Assembly: GCA_012026655.1 (NCBI GenBank)
Contig: JAAILG010000812.1
Coordinates: forward strand, 1-64,000
Length of the DNA: 64,000 nucleotides
Source: Hydrolagus affinis
Taxonomy: Eukaryota
Reading direction: 5' to 3'
In this document: positions 39,275 through 51,345 of the stretch, one piece after another
Layout: each line of letters begins with the position of its first letter
Position numbering within the stretch: position 1 is the stretch's first letter
The notes under the pieces: generated by a model
Databases searched by the model: none
Told to the model about the DNA's origin: nothing
Seen by the model: the letters and a program-made list of their open reading frames with translations, nothing else
Program-made: the position numbers and the translations under genes

Positions 39275-40254
39275 CAGCGTTTTCCAAACTGTGGGGCTTG
39301 CCTCCCTTGGGGGTTGCGTATCGTTGCCTGGGAGGGTATGGCTGTTATTGTTCTTATTACAGGTAAACCCCACTTAACATAGCGACGTTCGCTAATACAT
39401 CGTTCGCCGGTGGATGGCAAGGGAGCGCGACAGCGCTAGGAGCTGTGAATGAGCCAGTCTGTCAGTGAGAGAGCAAACCAGGCCGGCAGCGAGTGAGACC
39501 AGCAGCGAGTGACTGAGCCGGCAGGCAGTCAGGGAGCGAATGAGTGAGCCGGGCAAACAATCTGGGAGAAACTTTGTGTTGATAAGCCAGCTCACACATC
39601 ACACTAACAAATTCTATGTGTTGTAAATTGTAAATGTAAGTACAGTAAAAGCTTGTTTATCCATCACCCAACCAACCAGAATGCTCAACCAATCGGTATC
39701 TCTCAATTCAATTCACCATTCCAGCAAACGGATCTCATACCAGAGCCATCCGGGACACTCGCGAGTATGCTCACTTTGCGCATGCATGCAATGCGTGCAC
39801 ATGCGCACTTATTAAACTTGACGAACGCTGGAATTTTTATTTTACCGAGTGTGCTAGAATGCTTTATTGGTAAGTATCCATACAATATTCTTTTATTATT
39901 TAGTTTATTATTAATATGGTATGTTTTAAAATAAGTTAATTTTTTGTGTAGGATTTTTGGTTAACTTGCCGCTTGAATATCCAGGATATTTGATTAAATG
40001 GCAATGGTCAGGTCTCGAGGGTGCCGGATAACAAAGCTTTTACTGTAATTGGTTTCAGAATTTTATTAAAAAATTTCATTTAATTAAAATTTTTAACAAT
40101 TAAATTTTGTTGTTAATACTTAAAAAAAAACGGTAAAGAAGATATTGAATTTGCTGTTATCATTTGCGAAAATTATTCAATGTGAAGGAGGGTGAAATGA
40201 AAACTTTGCTGAGTTAGGGGTGGGACGCCGCTATTTCAAATTTGGAAGCCACTG
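39275..40254. mobile_element. Non-autonomous hAT (Charlie-like) element, copy 2, with nested MITE
   Basis: TIRs CAGCGTTTTCCAAA / TTTGGAAGCCACTG; perfect 8-bp TSD CTCTAAAG at 39267-39274 and 40255-40262. Confidence 0.93.
39643..40045. mobile_element. Tc1/mariner (Tigger/pogo-like) MITE, copy 1
   Basis: TA TSD; TIRs CAGTAAAAGCTTGTTTATCC / GGATAACAAAGCTTTTACTG; second copy at 45751-46131. Confidence 0.92.
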
Positions 40255-42569
40255 CTCTAAAGTATGTTAAATGATAAATGAAGAAGAGTGTGTAAAAATA
40301 TCAGAGAAACAACAATGGAATAATAACATTTTCAAAAATGGACATGCAATCTTCATGAACTTCATCCTGTTGGAAGGAGTCCTTCAGAATGCAAAGAATA
40401 TAACAAAAATATATATTCCTTGCATTTGATATGATGACTCATCAGGTTGTTGACATGTCTCAAACAGCTTCCCAGGATATACTGCAAAGTAGATTTGACT
40501 ATGCATTTTGTGAGCAAAATTAAATGATGGGTATGAACAATTGAGCTGAGAAATCTTCAGGTTGGGATGTCCTCCTGATGTGAAAGGCGCTATACAAGTG
40601 TATTTTTGTTGTTGATGTTGTTGTTGTGCAAGACTGTGGGAGAAGAGCTCCTATATTTTTGCACCAATACCGTTTGTCAGGTATAAAGTGGTAACTATTT
40701 AAGATGGTGCACTAAAAGTATGTTTTCTTTTCAGATATTTTTCATAGAATATGTAGTACACAAGAAGAAAAATCTCATCTGAGGCTTGACCATTGGACAG
40801 AGATCTTAACTCACAAGATTGCACAATTGGACAGTTTAGATGAACTTACGCTCAGCCCTCCAGAATACCCACTATAGAGTCATCCAATCACAGCATCAAG
40901 CTACTTTTTAAATGAGTCCAGTGCCGATGATCCTTCCTGGCAATGATATCTCTGGGTAAAGAAATTGTCCGCATCTCTGATCTTGTTCCATAACGGTGGT
41001 ATATCTCTACTCCATGCCTCATGGCAGTTTTCTGGATATCGGGTCATTCCATATGATTAACACAGACTTCAAATGAGATGTTAAACTTCGGTGGATGTTA
41101 AAGATCCTGTTATACTATTTGTAAAGAGAAGAGAGAATCTCCGGGTGTTATGCCTAACAATCCTCCAGATAAATTGATTATTCACTGTCTGACTGGTTGT
41201 GGGCCCTTACTGTGCACAAATTGGCTGGTGCATTTGGCTACAAATAGACTGTAACTGCACTTGACAGCAATTACCAGCAGAGGGGTTTGAGATATTTCAA
41301 TGTTGTACATGCAAAACCAAATTCAAAGATTATTATTATTATTAACCATGTGGTTTCACAAGAGGAAAATACTGAATGGGAAAAACTCGAGTCAGAACTT
41401 ATCAAGTTCTGTAAGTGCCCTTCAGTAAGCTTCTCCATAACCTGGATCTCTGCTGACTATTTGACTTCAGCTGTGAAACCAGAATTAAAGGGTACAAATT
41501 TACAATTAGCAAGACTCTAGAGATTAGAATATCATTTATCCCCCATAGAGTTGTGAATTTGTTGAGTTGACTTTCAGAAAAAGTGGTTAATGATGTGTCA
41601 ACTAATTGATTCAAAAAATAAGCAGATGAACATCTGGTTAGGAATAGGATTCAATATTACAACGAAAGAGAAATGGAGATGAATAAATCCTCCATGGAAA
41701 ATGCTCTACTGCTTATAATAATATGAAGGAGATCTATTAACTCAAGTGTTATCAAAATAATTGTATTATATGTGGTTTGTTTGTCAGCTTGGATTCCTTC
41801 CCATGGGAAGAACTGTTGAGGAATTGTCAGCTATTGAAAGAAACTCAACAGATTTGAATGATAGATAGATTTTGTTGTTTTGTACTATTACACTTTAAGA
41901 TTTCTGAGCATTTATGCAGAACTGCCACTCAGAAGATGAAACGAGGGAAGACAACAATAACAAAATTACACTTATGTAGCGTCTTTCATATCGGGAGGAT
42001 GTCCTAAGGTGCTGGACAGTCATTGATTCAGACTTGAGCTGGGCTCGGATCGGGGAGGGTGGAGGGAAAGGTGGGGATTAGGGGTGACTGATGGGACCAT
42101 CGAAGACGATGGTCTTGAGGCTGGACTTGAAGGAAGCTAAGGAGGGGGCAAGGCAGAGGAACTGTGGGATGGAGTTCCAGAGGTTGGGGGCAGATTGGTT
42201 CAAGACTTACCCACCAATGGTAGGGCAGGTGGGTCGGAGCACGTGGAGCAGGCAGGAGCCTGCTGAGAGAAGGGAGAGGGTAGATTGGTAGAGGGTTAGG
42301 AGATTGCAGTGGTAGGGTGGGGCGAGATCATGGAAGGCTTTGAAGGTGAGGATGAGGATCTTGAATTGAATCCTCTGGGTGATGGGGAGCCAATGCAGTC
42401 GGGTGAGGATGGAGGAGATGGGATCATAAAGCCTGGAGTCGTAGATGACATGGGCCGCAGAGTTCTGGACTATCTGCTGCCTATGGAGGGAGGAAATGGG
42501 AAGGCCGACAAGCAGGGCGTTGGAAGTGAGCCAGGATGTGATGAAGGCATGAATAGCCCAGGTAGCAAG

Positions 42570-42972
42570 CCCATGTGGGGGCTATATGGGTCCCATATGG
42601 GCCAAAATATGGTCCCATATGTGGTGGCCCATATGGGTCCCACAGGATTCTGCACCCAAGATTCATATGGGATCCATATAGGCCAGCCCAGATAGCCCAT
42701 ATGGGTTAGATCTGGGGCCCATCTGGGAAAATCTGGGTAAAATCTGGGTGAAATATGGGCTATCCCATATGGGCATTACATGGGGTTCACCTGGGGCCCA
42801 TATGCACCAGAAGTATATGAGCAGAATATGGGCCATCCCATATGGGCATTATATAGGGTTCATCTGGGGGTCCATATGGGCATTACATGGGGTTCATCTG
42901 GGGCTTAAGTGGGCCAGCATTATATGGGCAGAATATGGGCCATCCTATATGGGCATTATATGGGGTTCATCT
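42570..42972. repeat. Left subterminal array of CCCATATGGG-based units
   Basis: Repeated CCCATATGGG and ATGGGGTTCATCTGGGG motifs. Confidence 0.9.
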
Positions 42973-43671
42973 ATGAAATTGAAAAAAAAAATCATCATAT
43001 ATTGCTAATGTGATGCTGACTAACATCCTACTCACATGGGAACACATGAGAAATCTCAATAAAATGCTATGGTTTACAGTGATTTAAGAATCTTAAGTTC
43101 CGTTATTCTTACATTTTGTGGCTTACATAGCAACTGTGATTGGATGATAAGTGTAATCAACTTTTTGACCATATACCATTTATACCTTTTCTAGTAATCC
43201 AAAAAGAGAATTTAACGAATAATTTGATTGGAAAAAAGTCGCAAGAATGAAAGATAGAGACTAATAGAATAATGTGTATGTTTTTAATAGCAGGGGTAAT
43301 GTTTTGGATGTGTTGTGCTGTTTGTGTTCAAATGGGCTGAGAACTTCCTCCCTTGCCAAAATGTACATTGTTCATGGCCGAATGACACCTTTTAAGTTAT
43401 GTCATGTACTCTCACAAAAAGATACTTGCTTAACAATAGGCCTCTTGTGCCTTTACTCTGACCTGCATGGATTCAACTGCGGGGTTTCTGCCCAAAAGTT
43501 GCAGGGACCAGGAGCCCCGCCCACCCGCCGACATCATCAGCCATTGCCATGGCAACCACAGCCTGACTGACTGACTGGTCCCAGTTCTCACACACAGCCT
43601 GTGACCTCCACCATACTCTATGCTGCAAAGTGAATCAAGTGAATTGACTGTTGAAAGCCTTTCATATCTTC

Positions 43672-43945
43672 TGCCCATATGGGCTTGCCCAGGTTTTTCC
43701 CATATGAAACCCATATGGGCCACTCCATACATGGGCTTGCCCAGGCTTTTCCCATATGATACCCCCATGGGCCAGCCCATATTCTGCCAACATGGGCTTG
43801 CCCAGGTTTTCCCCATATGATACTCATATGGGCTAGCCCAAGTAGATCCCCATATGGACTAACCCATATGGGCCCCATATGGGATACATATGGGTTGATC
43901 CATGCCCATATGGCCCGGGTCATGCCCATATGGGCTGCACATGGG
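43672..43945. repeat. Right subterminal array of CCCATATGGG and ATGGGCTTGCCCAGG units
   Basis: Three ATGGGCTTGCCCAGG...CCCATATGA units of about 60 bp, plus palindromes. Confidence 0.9.
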
Positions 43946-44169
43946 CTTGCTACCTGGGTATAGGGGTTTCAGCGGCATGAGGGATAAGATAGTGGGGGAA
44001 TTGGGCAATATTGCAGAGATGAGAGAAGGCAGAGTGGGGCTTAGATGTGGGGAAGAAAATACAGTTGAGGATCGAACAAGATACCTCAGTTCCTGACTGG
44101 CTTGGTGAGGTTGAGTGTGCAACCATGGAGGTTAATGCTGCCAATGCCTGATGTGTGAAGGCACTGGCT

Positions 44170-44480
44170 ATACTTTGAATAGCACTTTTCATGTCAGGAG
44201 GACATTCAAAAGCAACGGACAGTAAAGGATGTGCACCAAAGCTGGGTGGGGTGGGGCAAGGCAAACAGACTGTGGGATGGAATTCCAAAGAGTGGGGCAG
44301 AAAGCCTGAGTGTCCGATTGCCAATGGTGGGTTGGACAGGTCGGGGGAGTAGATCAGACCAGAGTCTGGCAAGCGGAGTGTACAAGCCAGTATGAAGTCA
44401 GCAGGTCACATTGGTAGGAAGGAGCAAGGCCATGGAGTGCTTTGCAAGCAAGGATGAGGATTTTGAGGATTAGAATCCAT
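44170..44480 (-). mobile_element. L2 3' fragment
   Basis: KILILACKALHGLAPSYQCDLL in ORF 44354-44572; L2 tail near 44180. Confidence 0.8.
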
Positions 44481-45750
44481 AAAATATGTGCTATGCATGA
44501 TCTTTGGATAACGGTCTTTGTGGACTTAGTGGACTTCATGGACTCACTTCTCCCCTGATGTACAAAGCTCACTATAAATGTATTTATTGTAGTAGTAGGT
44601 TGTGTTGTTCATTCTGCTGTTTCTGTTGTAGATATCACTATAACTATTTGGATTAAAAATCTCCTACACTGCAATTTATTGGGGATAGGGAGCATGAAAT
44701 GTATAGGGAATGGTGTACAGGCAGGTAAATTGAACTAAACGGATTGCTCCTTCAATGAGCCAAATGGCCTTCTTCTCTGCTGTAAGTTTCTAGAGTTCTA
44801 TGGTTCCATGATTCATAAATCAGTTGATGAAGATTGGTTGAAGATGTTTATTCTCCTCCTCCCTTGAGATCAGGCACAGTGGTTTGGCACAAAGACACTG
44901 ATCACTGCAATTGCAATGGGACCTTGAATTTGAGTGCTGCTTCACAGCTTCATAGTATATCATATCTCAGTCTGAGTTAAGGCAATATCATACAAAGAGG
45001 AAGAGAAGGAGATGGCATCATAAAAAGATCATCTTAGATGATATACAGTAATAATAATATAATAATAGCCCTTGCATTTGATATAGCACCTTATCACGTC
45101 ATTGAGATATCTCAACGCACTTCAGAGGATAAACTGTAAAGTGTAAAAATGATTGACTATGTATTTTGTGGGCAAAATGCCCATAATACTATGAATGTAA
45201 TACTGTGATATTTGTTATAATATTGGATTGACACAATGTGCATTGCACATCATGTATTTTTGAGGTTGTTCTATCTCCAAGTGTGCCTATGCACAGTTAT
45301 GCATGCTGATTTGGGTGAACAAGATACTGAATAATTTTGTGAACAAAGAGAATGGTGATAATTAATAATCCTTGCTTTTTATATAGTACCTTTAATGTTG
45401 GGAGGACATCTCAAAGAGCAGATATTTGTGGTTAAGTATAGTGACTATACAGTTTAGAGGCAAACTTGGCATCCAGTTTGTGAACAGCAAGGGCCACAAA
45501 AAGCCTTGAAATTAATAAACAATTTTTGGGCAGAAGGAAATTTGTCCAGGATACTGGGAGAAATTCACCTCTGTTTTTGAATCGTGCCATGGGATCTTTA
45601 ACGTCCACCTGAAAAGGCAGATGGGACTTTGGTTTAAAAGTCTTATCTAAAGCTTTGTGATATTGATTGGAAATTGTGTGTGATCCAAAATATTGCCATA
45701 AGACATAGAGTAAATACAGTTCACTGTGTCTCAAAGAGCTTCACAGAATA

Positions 45751-46131
45751 CAATAAAACCTTGTTTATCCAGTACCCGACCAAATGGCATACTCAACCAA
45801 CCGGTATCTCCCAATACAATTCACCAGTCCAGCAACCGGATCTCATACCGTAACCATTCGGGACACTTGCGGTATGCTCAGTTGGCGCATGCGCACTTAT
45901 TAAACTTACCAAACGCTGGAATGCTGTTTTATCGAGTGTGTTGGAGTGTTTTATTGGTAAGTATCCATACAATATTCTGTTATTATTTAGTCTATTATTA
46001 ATATAGTATGTTTTAAAATAAGTTAATTATTTTTGTTGGATTTTCAGCAACTTGCCACTCGAATATCCGGCATATTTCATTAATCGGCATCGGTCAGGTC
46101 CCGAGGGTGCTGGATAACAAAGGTGTTACTG
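45751..46131. mobile_element. Tc1/mariner MITE, copy 2, inserted into a SINE fragment
   Basis: TA TSD; TIRs CAATAAAACCTTGTTTATCC / GGATAACAAAGGTGTTACTG; flanks rejoin as the SINE motif CACAGAATATACTGTAAAGTG. Confidence 0.9.
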
Positions 46132-46204
46132 TATACTGTAAAGTGAATTGACTGTATATTTGCGGGTGGATCAGTCTAGAATTCTTCTACTTAGAGTTAT
46201 TTAA

Positions 46205-46425
46205 TAATAAAATAATAGTAATCCTTACATTTGATAGTAATCCTTACATTTTACAATATATTCTGTGAAGCACTTTGAGATGTCTCGAAGCATTATCATG
46301 ACATCGAGACATCTCAAAGTGCTTCACAGAATATATTGTAAAGAGAATTGAATGTATATTTTGTAGGCAAAATGCCAATTACGGGCAACAGTGTCCCACA
46401 AACATTCGTGGATTGATTGACCACA
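46205..46425 (-). mobile_element. SINE 3' fragment containing a templated insertion
   Basis: SINE tail and body, with an 18-bp direct duplication and a 39-bp perfect inverted repeat. Confidence 0.85.
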
Positions 46426-47482
46426 TTTTTTTAGTAGTAAGAGTTAGTCGGCTTGAGTTGCTGATACACAAATTTAATTTGGTTAAGTAAGTACACTTTA
46501 TTGAAAACTAACACATTTTAAGTACACTTTAGGTAATCAATAAATCACTTCTTGCCTACTGCTAGTGACCTTTACTAGTGTGAGAACTCATTTTCAAATC
46601 GTTTATAGATTCTGGAAACTAACAGGCTCAAAATGGGCTGCCACACACTGCACACTCATTAATAATGACAAACTAAAATAATTGTTCCAGGGGGGACAGA
46701 GGACATTTGGTATGGTTTGTAAAACTAGGGCAATTTAAAAATTACTGAAAACTTTTATTGATATTGAGTAGTAAATAAATTAATTCAGGGAACAAAATGT
46801 TTATCAAGTTAGTTGGATATTAGCTCCAGTTAGAGAGTTTCCTTTACTTGTGCAAAATTTAATCATAAAGCTCTAATGTAAGAAGAAACCTCAGAAATGC
46901 ACTCAGAAAGCATTGTCAATACTAGCCAACAAATCTTGTACTGTCATTCAAGTACAACTGAGTGATAAAAATTCCATTACATGCTGTGCTAAATGTATAT
47001 ATGTGCTTGATTTATTTCTCTGTAACATACTAGATAATACCAAAATACCGGTTATATATTGTACCATCAATACTCAGAGCAAAAGCAATTCAACAGAATA
47101 TATTTTGTTAAACAAACACACCGGTGGAATGTCCCTTTCATTTTCCTTTTGATTTCTCACTTTTGAAAAGGTGCATTTTAGGGAGTATTTATGCATTTCA
47201 CAACTCTGTTTCATCTGATCCTTCTACTGAATCTGGCGTGACTCAATTCTTTCACATGTGGTTTGCAAGGCAAGGGCACCAGAGGACACAAACATCAAGC
47301 AAGCAAGCTCAACTTTAATGGTATCCAATCAAAATTTTCCTAACAAATAACTGAACTGTTCAGCCACTTCTAGGTGAATGCTATACTGTGTCCATAAAAG
47401 TACTGTACAATAAGCTGATCTTCATCTGTAATATTTTGGAAAATGTGTAGTATCCACCATGGCTTTTGCTCAAATCCCCCAT

Positions 47483-47682
47483 GATAATAATAATCCTTGC
47501 ATTTGATATAGCGCTTTCCACGTCTTCTAGACGTCTCAAAGAGCTTCACAGAATACACTGTAAATTAAATTGACTATATATTTGTAGGCGAAACGTGGCA
47601 GCCAATTGCACACAGTAGTATCCCATAAACAGTCATGGATTGTAATGACCAATTTTTTGGGGAGGGATGATTATTAGGCATA
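47483..47682 (-). mobile_element. 5'-truncated SINE, younger family
   Basis: AATAATAATCCTTGCATTTGATATAGCGC...GGCAGCCAATTGCACA. Confidence 0.85.
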
Positions 47683-48057
47683 TCACACCTTGCGAGAGCG
47701 ATCATGACATTGCATAATGATTCTGTCACCATTTATAAACTAAAGTAAATCAATAAACCTGCAGTTGTGAAATGTTCTAAGTCCAATCATTTGATTACAT
47801 GTGCAAACAATGGTAATTGTGCATGCATGGTCATTCTTGATCTCAAACTCATTGTCTAAGTTGACTCCAGTCAAGTATGGATAAGTGCTACAATATCAAA
47901 GTATTCATTTTTGGGAAAGATGTTCCTTTCCTGTCAGAAAATAGTTAATTGTGGTGCATAATTAACTGATTAGTTAGACCTGAAATGGTCTTCTTTGTTC
48001 CTGATAAAGCATTGCCAGACCAATGCATCTTATACTCCAACTGTTGATAAATTTATT

Positions 48058-48465
48058 GTACCAGTCTGGCTCAGTTATTAGCACTCTCACACTCTGAGTA
48101 AGATGGTTATGGGTTTCAGTCCCACATTGGATTTGAGCTCCTCATTGGGACTCAGAGCTCCCATAATCTAAACTGACACTCCATTGCAGTGCTGGGGTTG
48201 TACTGCACTGTTGGAGGTGCACCTAATGGATGAGACTTTAATCCAATGCTCTATCTGCCTGCTCAGATGGACATTCAAAAAGAGAAGGGAGTTTCTCCCA
48301 GTCTCCTGACCAACAAACCCCCAAACAAAAAATTGGTATTCACTTCATGTCTGTAGCAATTGATCGCCCACAAAGCATACACTTCACTTTACAGTACATT
48401 ATGGTTTTGGGACATCTTCCTGACATGAACAGCACCATCCCAAGTGTAAGGTTTATTATTATTTA
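48058..48465 (+). mobile_element. Older tRNA/Deu-type SINE with L2-like tail
   Basis: TGGCTCAGTT...GCACTCTCACACTCTGAGT head, CTGACACTCCATTGCAGTGCTG, GGATGAGAC, GGGACATCTTCCTGACATGAA tail. Confidence 0.8.
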
Positions 48466-50979
48466 TTGGCCTCAATGTTTATCTTATTTTCTGTGCAAGA
48501 GAGATAGCTAGTATCCTATACATTTCTGTAGACAAGCCGAGTTTAGTCAGAACAATGCAATGTCTTGTAGCACTCGACCACAGGTCACATTCCTCCAATG
48601 TGGTTGACTGTCAAACATTATAAGGGTAAGAAACCTACATTCATTTGATGTTGAGGATGGGCTTGATTTATTGGATTGTTATACTGAATTCAGCTTGAAG
48701 GACAGATTCATTTAGAACTGCTACAAGAAACATGTCTGTACAGTAGTTTCTAAAAATATAAAGTCTATTAAAATGTTACCAATTATGCAGGAAGAAGCAA
48801 AAACAACGACAATAAAATGACATTTATAGAGCACCTTTCATGTCAGCAGTAATAGGATTGACAAAGAAAACACAAGATCTGTTTTTAATCTGATATCTCG
48901 GATCAATTGATGTAAATTCCATTACACGCTGTGTAAAACTATGGACATGCACTATGATCCATTTCATCTTGGATACCAGATAATATTGAAATATTAGACA
49001 TATACTGTATAATCAACAGGCAGAACAAGAGCAGTTATAGGAGAGTGCATTTAATTAAAAACACACCCAATAGAGAGTCAATTTTCTTCTTCTGAATATT
49101 TCAAATGCAAGTATCAGTGACTCCAGAAACATTTGTGTAAGTGTTTATCAATCTGTCACACACCAGGAGAATTTAACTCTTCTGTCCGCTGTTGAACTCG
49201 GTTTGAGTCTGTGTAGCATTGGACTGTAGGTTATTAATCATTTACTTAGTCTTTCTTAAGTGGGATTTGGAAAGCCTCTATTGATTTATTTCAATGGTGA
49301 TGCATCTGGTGAAGGGTTAATATGGCTGTAGGGGACAAGTGTATGCCAGGATTATTCAGTTGAAGATACTCCATCATTTTTATTGGACCCCTTCCAGGTT
49401 ACATCGGGCTGTGTTGAGTGATGATCCTAGTTCTTGATGGTGTAAATCTGAGCTGGGCTTCCATCCTCGTATTTATGGGATGTCTGATATGAAGAATTGC
49501 AACCGTCAGAGTAGATTTGATTCCATTCATTCTTTTTATTATTTCAACAGACTTGTAACTCCATCTGATTTCCACTTAGTACTTTTTGTGCGAAACGGAG
49601 TTAAGAATTCCTAAAGTATTGCAGAGATTACTTCTTACTGAATTGACCATCTTTCAACACGGTCAATCTGCTTTGAGAGCTACAAAAAAAAACAGGTGAC
49701 CTTATGTGACTGGCAGTTTGAGAGTGGGTAGTGGAAAACAAAGTGATTGCAATATTGCTGTGGTGTTGTGCAGTCCCTCTATGGAGTTCTTAGAAAACAA
49801 TGGAAATCCATGCTCAGCTCACAACAATAATAATTTTTGTTGCTGACTTGAGTTCTTCAATCGTGCCTTGCAATTCAATTGCCTGATGTAATCATAGTTA
49901 AATAAAGGATCTGAATGGATTTAAACTTGATTTAATTTTCCCTTCGTTATTTATTTTCCTTATCTTTTAAAATGTGACAATGCTTCCCTGTCAAGTGTGG
50001 AACAGATTTTCTGCAATTGTTCATGCATTGATTAGGATTATATGTGGATAAATTCGTAAGAGGTACTGAATATAGTACAAAAGGTAATTTATTTAAGAAA
50101 TGCTGCTTTCTATTCATAGCATTGGAGCAGAAGGAAGGCTTATAATATGAAACATACAATGGGGACCTATCTTAACCCAATCTCTAAAAAAGTGATCTTT
50201 CACTGAGACTCCGATTCTAAAAATTAGGTGAAAAAATTGCTATTTTTAGCAATCAGCAAAGATTCCTATCTGGACTACCACAGTGAAGTTCAATTCATAA
50301 ATTAGGATTAACAATTAAAAATCAGGAATGCAATCTCCAAAAACACCCCAAAATTTGCTTTATTTCCAAAAATTGAACTGAGGAAATATTAACACTTACA
50401 GCTTAAATATTTTACCCTTGGTTCTCACACTTTTGAAGGTGGTAAGTATCATAATATCACCCACACTGGGATGTGATTAAACTAGTGGCCCTGTAACGAC
50501 TCTCCACTGACCAATCCTCATTCATAAGGCTGGAGAGTGAGGAGATTGAGTCAGTGGACGATACCCGCTGTGTGGGAAATCATAGTCTTTCTATTGGATG
50601 GACACACCAACTAAGCCAGAAAATCAGACTAAATAACCGCAGCCTCAGGAACCAAGGTCCAAATTTCCCCTGCCAGGCACAAGCACCCAGAAGTCAAGAA
50701 CGAGTTTAACGCTTTGATGGGCTGATGGCTATTATGGAAGGATGAGATCAAATGAAGCTATCTGCCTCCTTTATCCAAACCGCTTTTGTGTTCCTCTGTA
50801 CTCTCATGAAGTGTAGCATGCTGAGTAACCACGATCCAACTAAGATCTGCAACGCAGCATGCAGATCAGTAATTGAACACTTCTTAGCTCTTGTCTGGCT
50901 GAATAGGTCAACCATAATGAAACAACTTTGCTAATAGATAGCTAGCACAGTTTATTTACATGTCAATGTCATATTTAAA

Positions 50980-51052
50980 TATAAATATGCATATTATATA
51001 TATTATATATATATACATATACATATATACATATATATATATATATATTATA
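50980..51052. repeat. (TA)n / (TACA)n microsatellite
   Basis: TATATATACATATACATATATACATATATATA. Confidence 0.9.
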
Positions 51053-51059
51053 AGCACAC

Positions 51060-51345
51060 TGTGATGTGAGTATGGACAATACAAACCAGGTAGATGCCAA
51101 GTTCGATTGATTCTGTTCTGGTCTCTGCTGACTTAGCTGTCTCACCTAAGGTGACAGTATGTGTTTGGTGCCACTGCTGATCGATAATTAATGTCCTCTG
51201 TTGAAAAATGTGCACGATGGACATCTGGTGAGGACAGCTGTGATGTCTTTCCCCCATTGAATTTTCCACTGACACTCAGTGTCTGGATTCAGGCATGAAA
51301 AATGACCACTTCAGCTAGATGCTGGAGAAAACTATAATACCATTC
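51060..51345 (+). mobile_element. Ancient tRNA-derived SINE of a third family (tentative)
   Basis: B-box-like AAGTTCGATT, then GGTCTCTGCTGACTTAGCTG, GGTGAGGACAG and CTGACACTCAGTGTCT blocks that I recall from old vertebrate SINEs; single copy in this window. Confidence 0.45.

Larger units (their letters stand above)
42557..43958. mobile_element. Non-autonomous TIR DNA transposon with subterminal CCCATATGGG arrays (possibly CMC/EnSpm-like)
   Basis: Perfect 21-bp TIR CCCAGGTAGCAAGCCCATGTG / CACATGGGCTTGCTACCTGGG; ATA(G) on both flanks; superfamily is inference. Confidence 0.85.
41951..44150 (-). mobile_element. L2 LINE split by a TIR element (L2 parts 41951-42555 and 43960-44150)
   Basis: The two sides rejoin as GGCATGAATAGGGGTTTCAGCGG, matching the reverse complement of CCGCTGAAACCCTCATTCATGCC in the L2 at 12.84 kb. 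Confidence 0.88.

Noticed and set aside
42470-43929. ORFs rich in PIW/PYG/HMG repeats
   Set aside because: These are translations of the CCCATATGGG palindrome arrays, open on both strands; not a credible protein
42570-43945. CRISPR-like appearance of palindromic repeats
   Set aside because: No constant repeat with unique spacers, no cas genes, vertebrate context; these are transposon subterminal repeats
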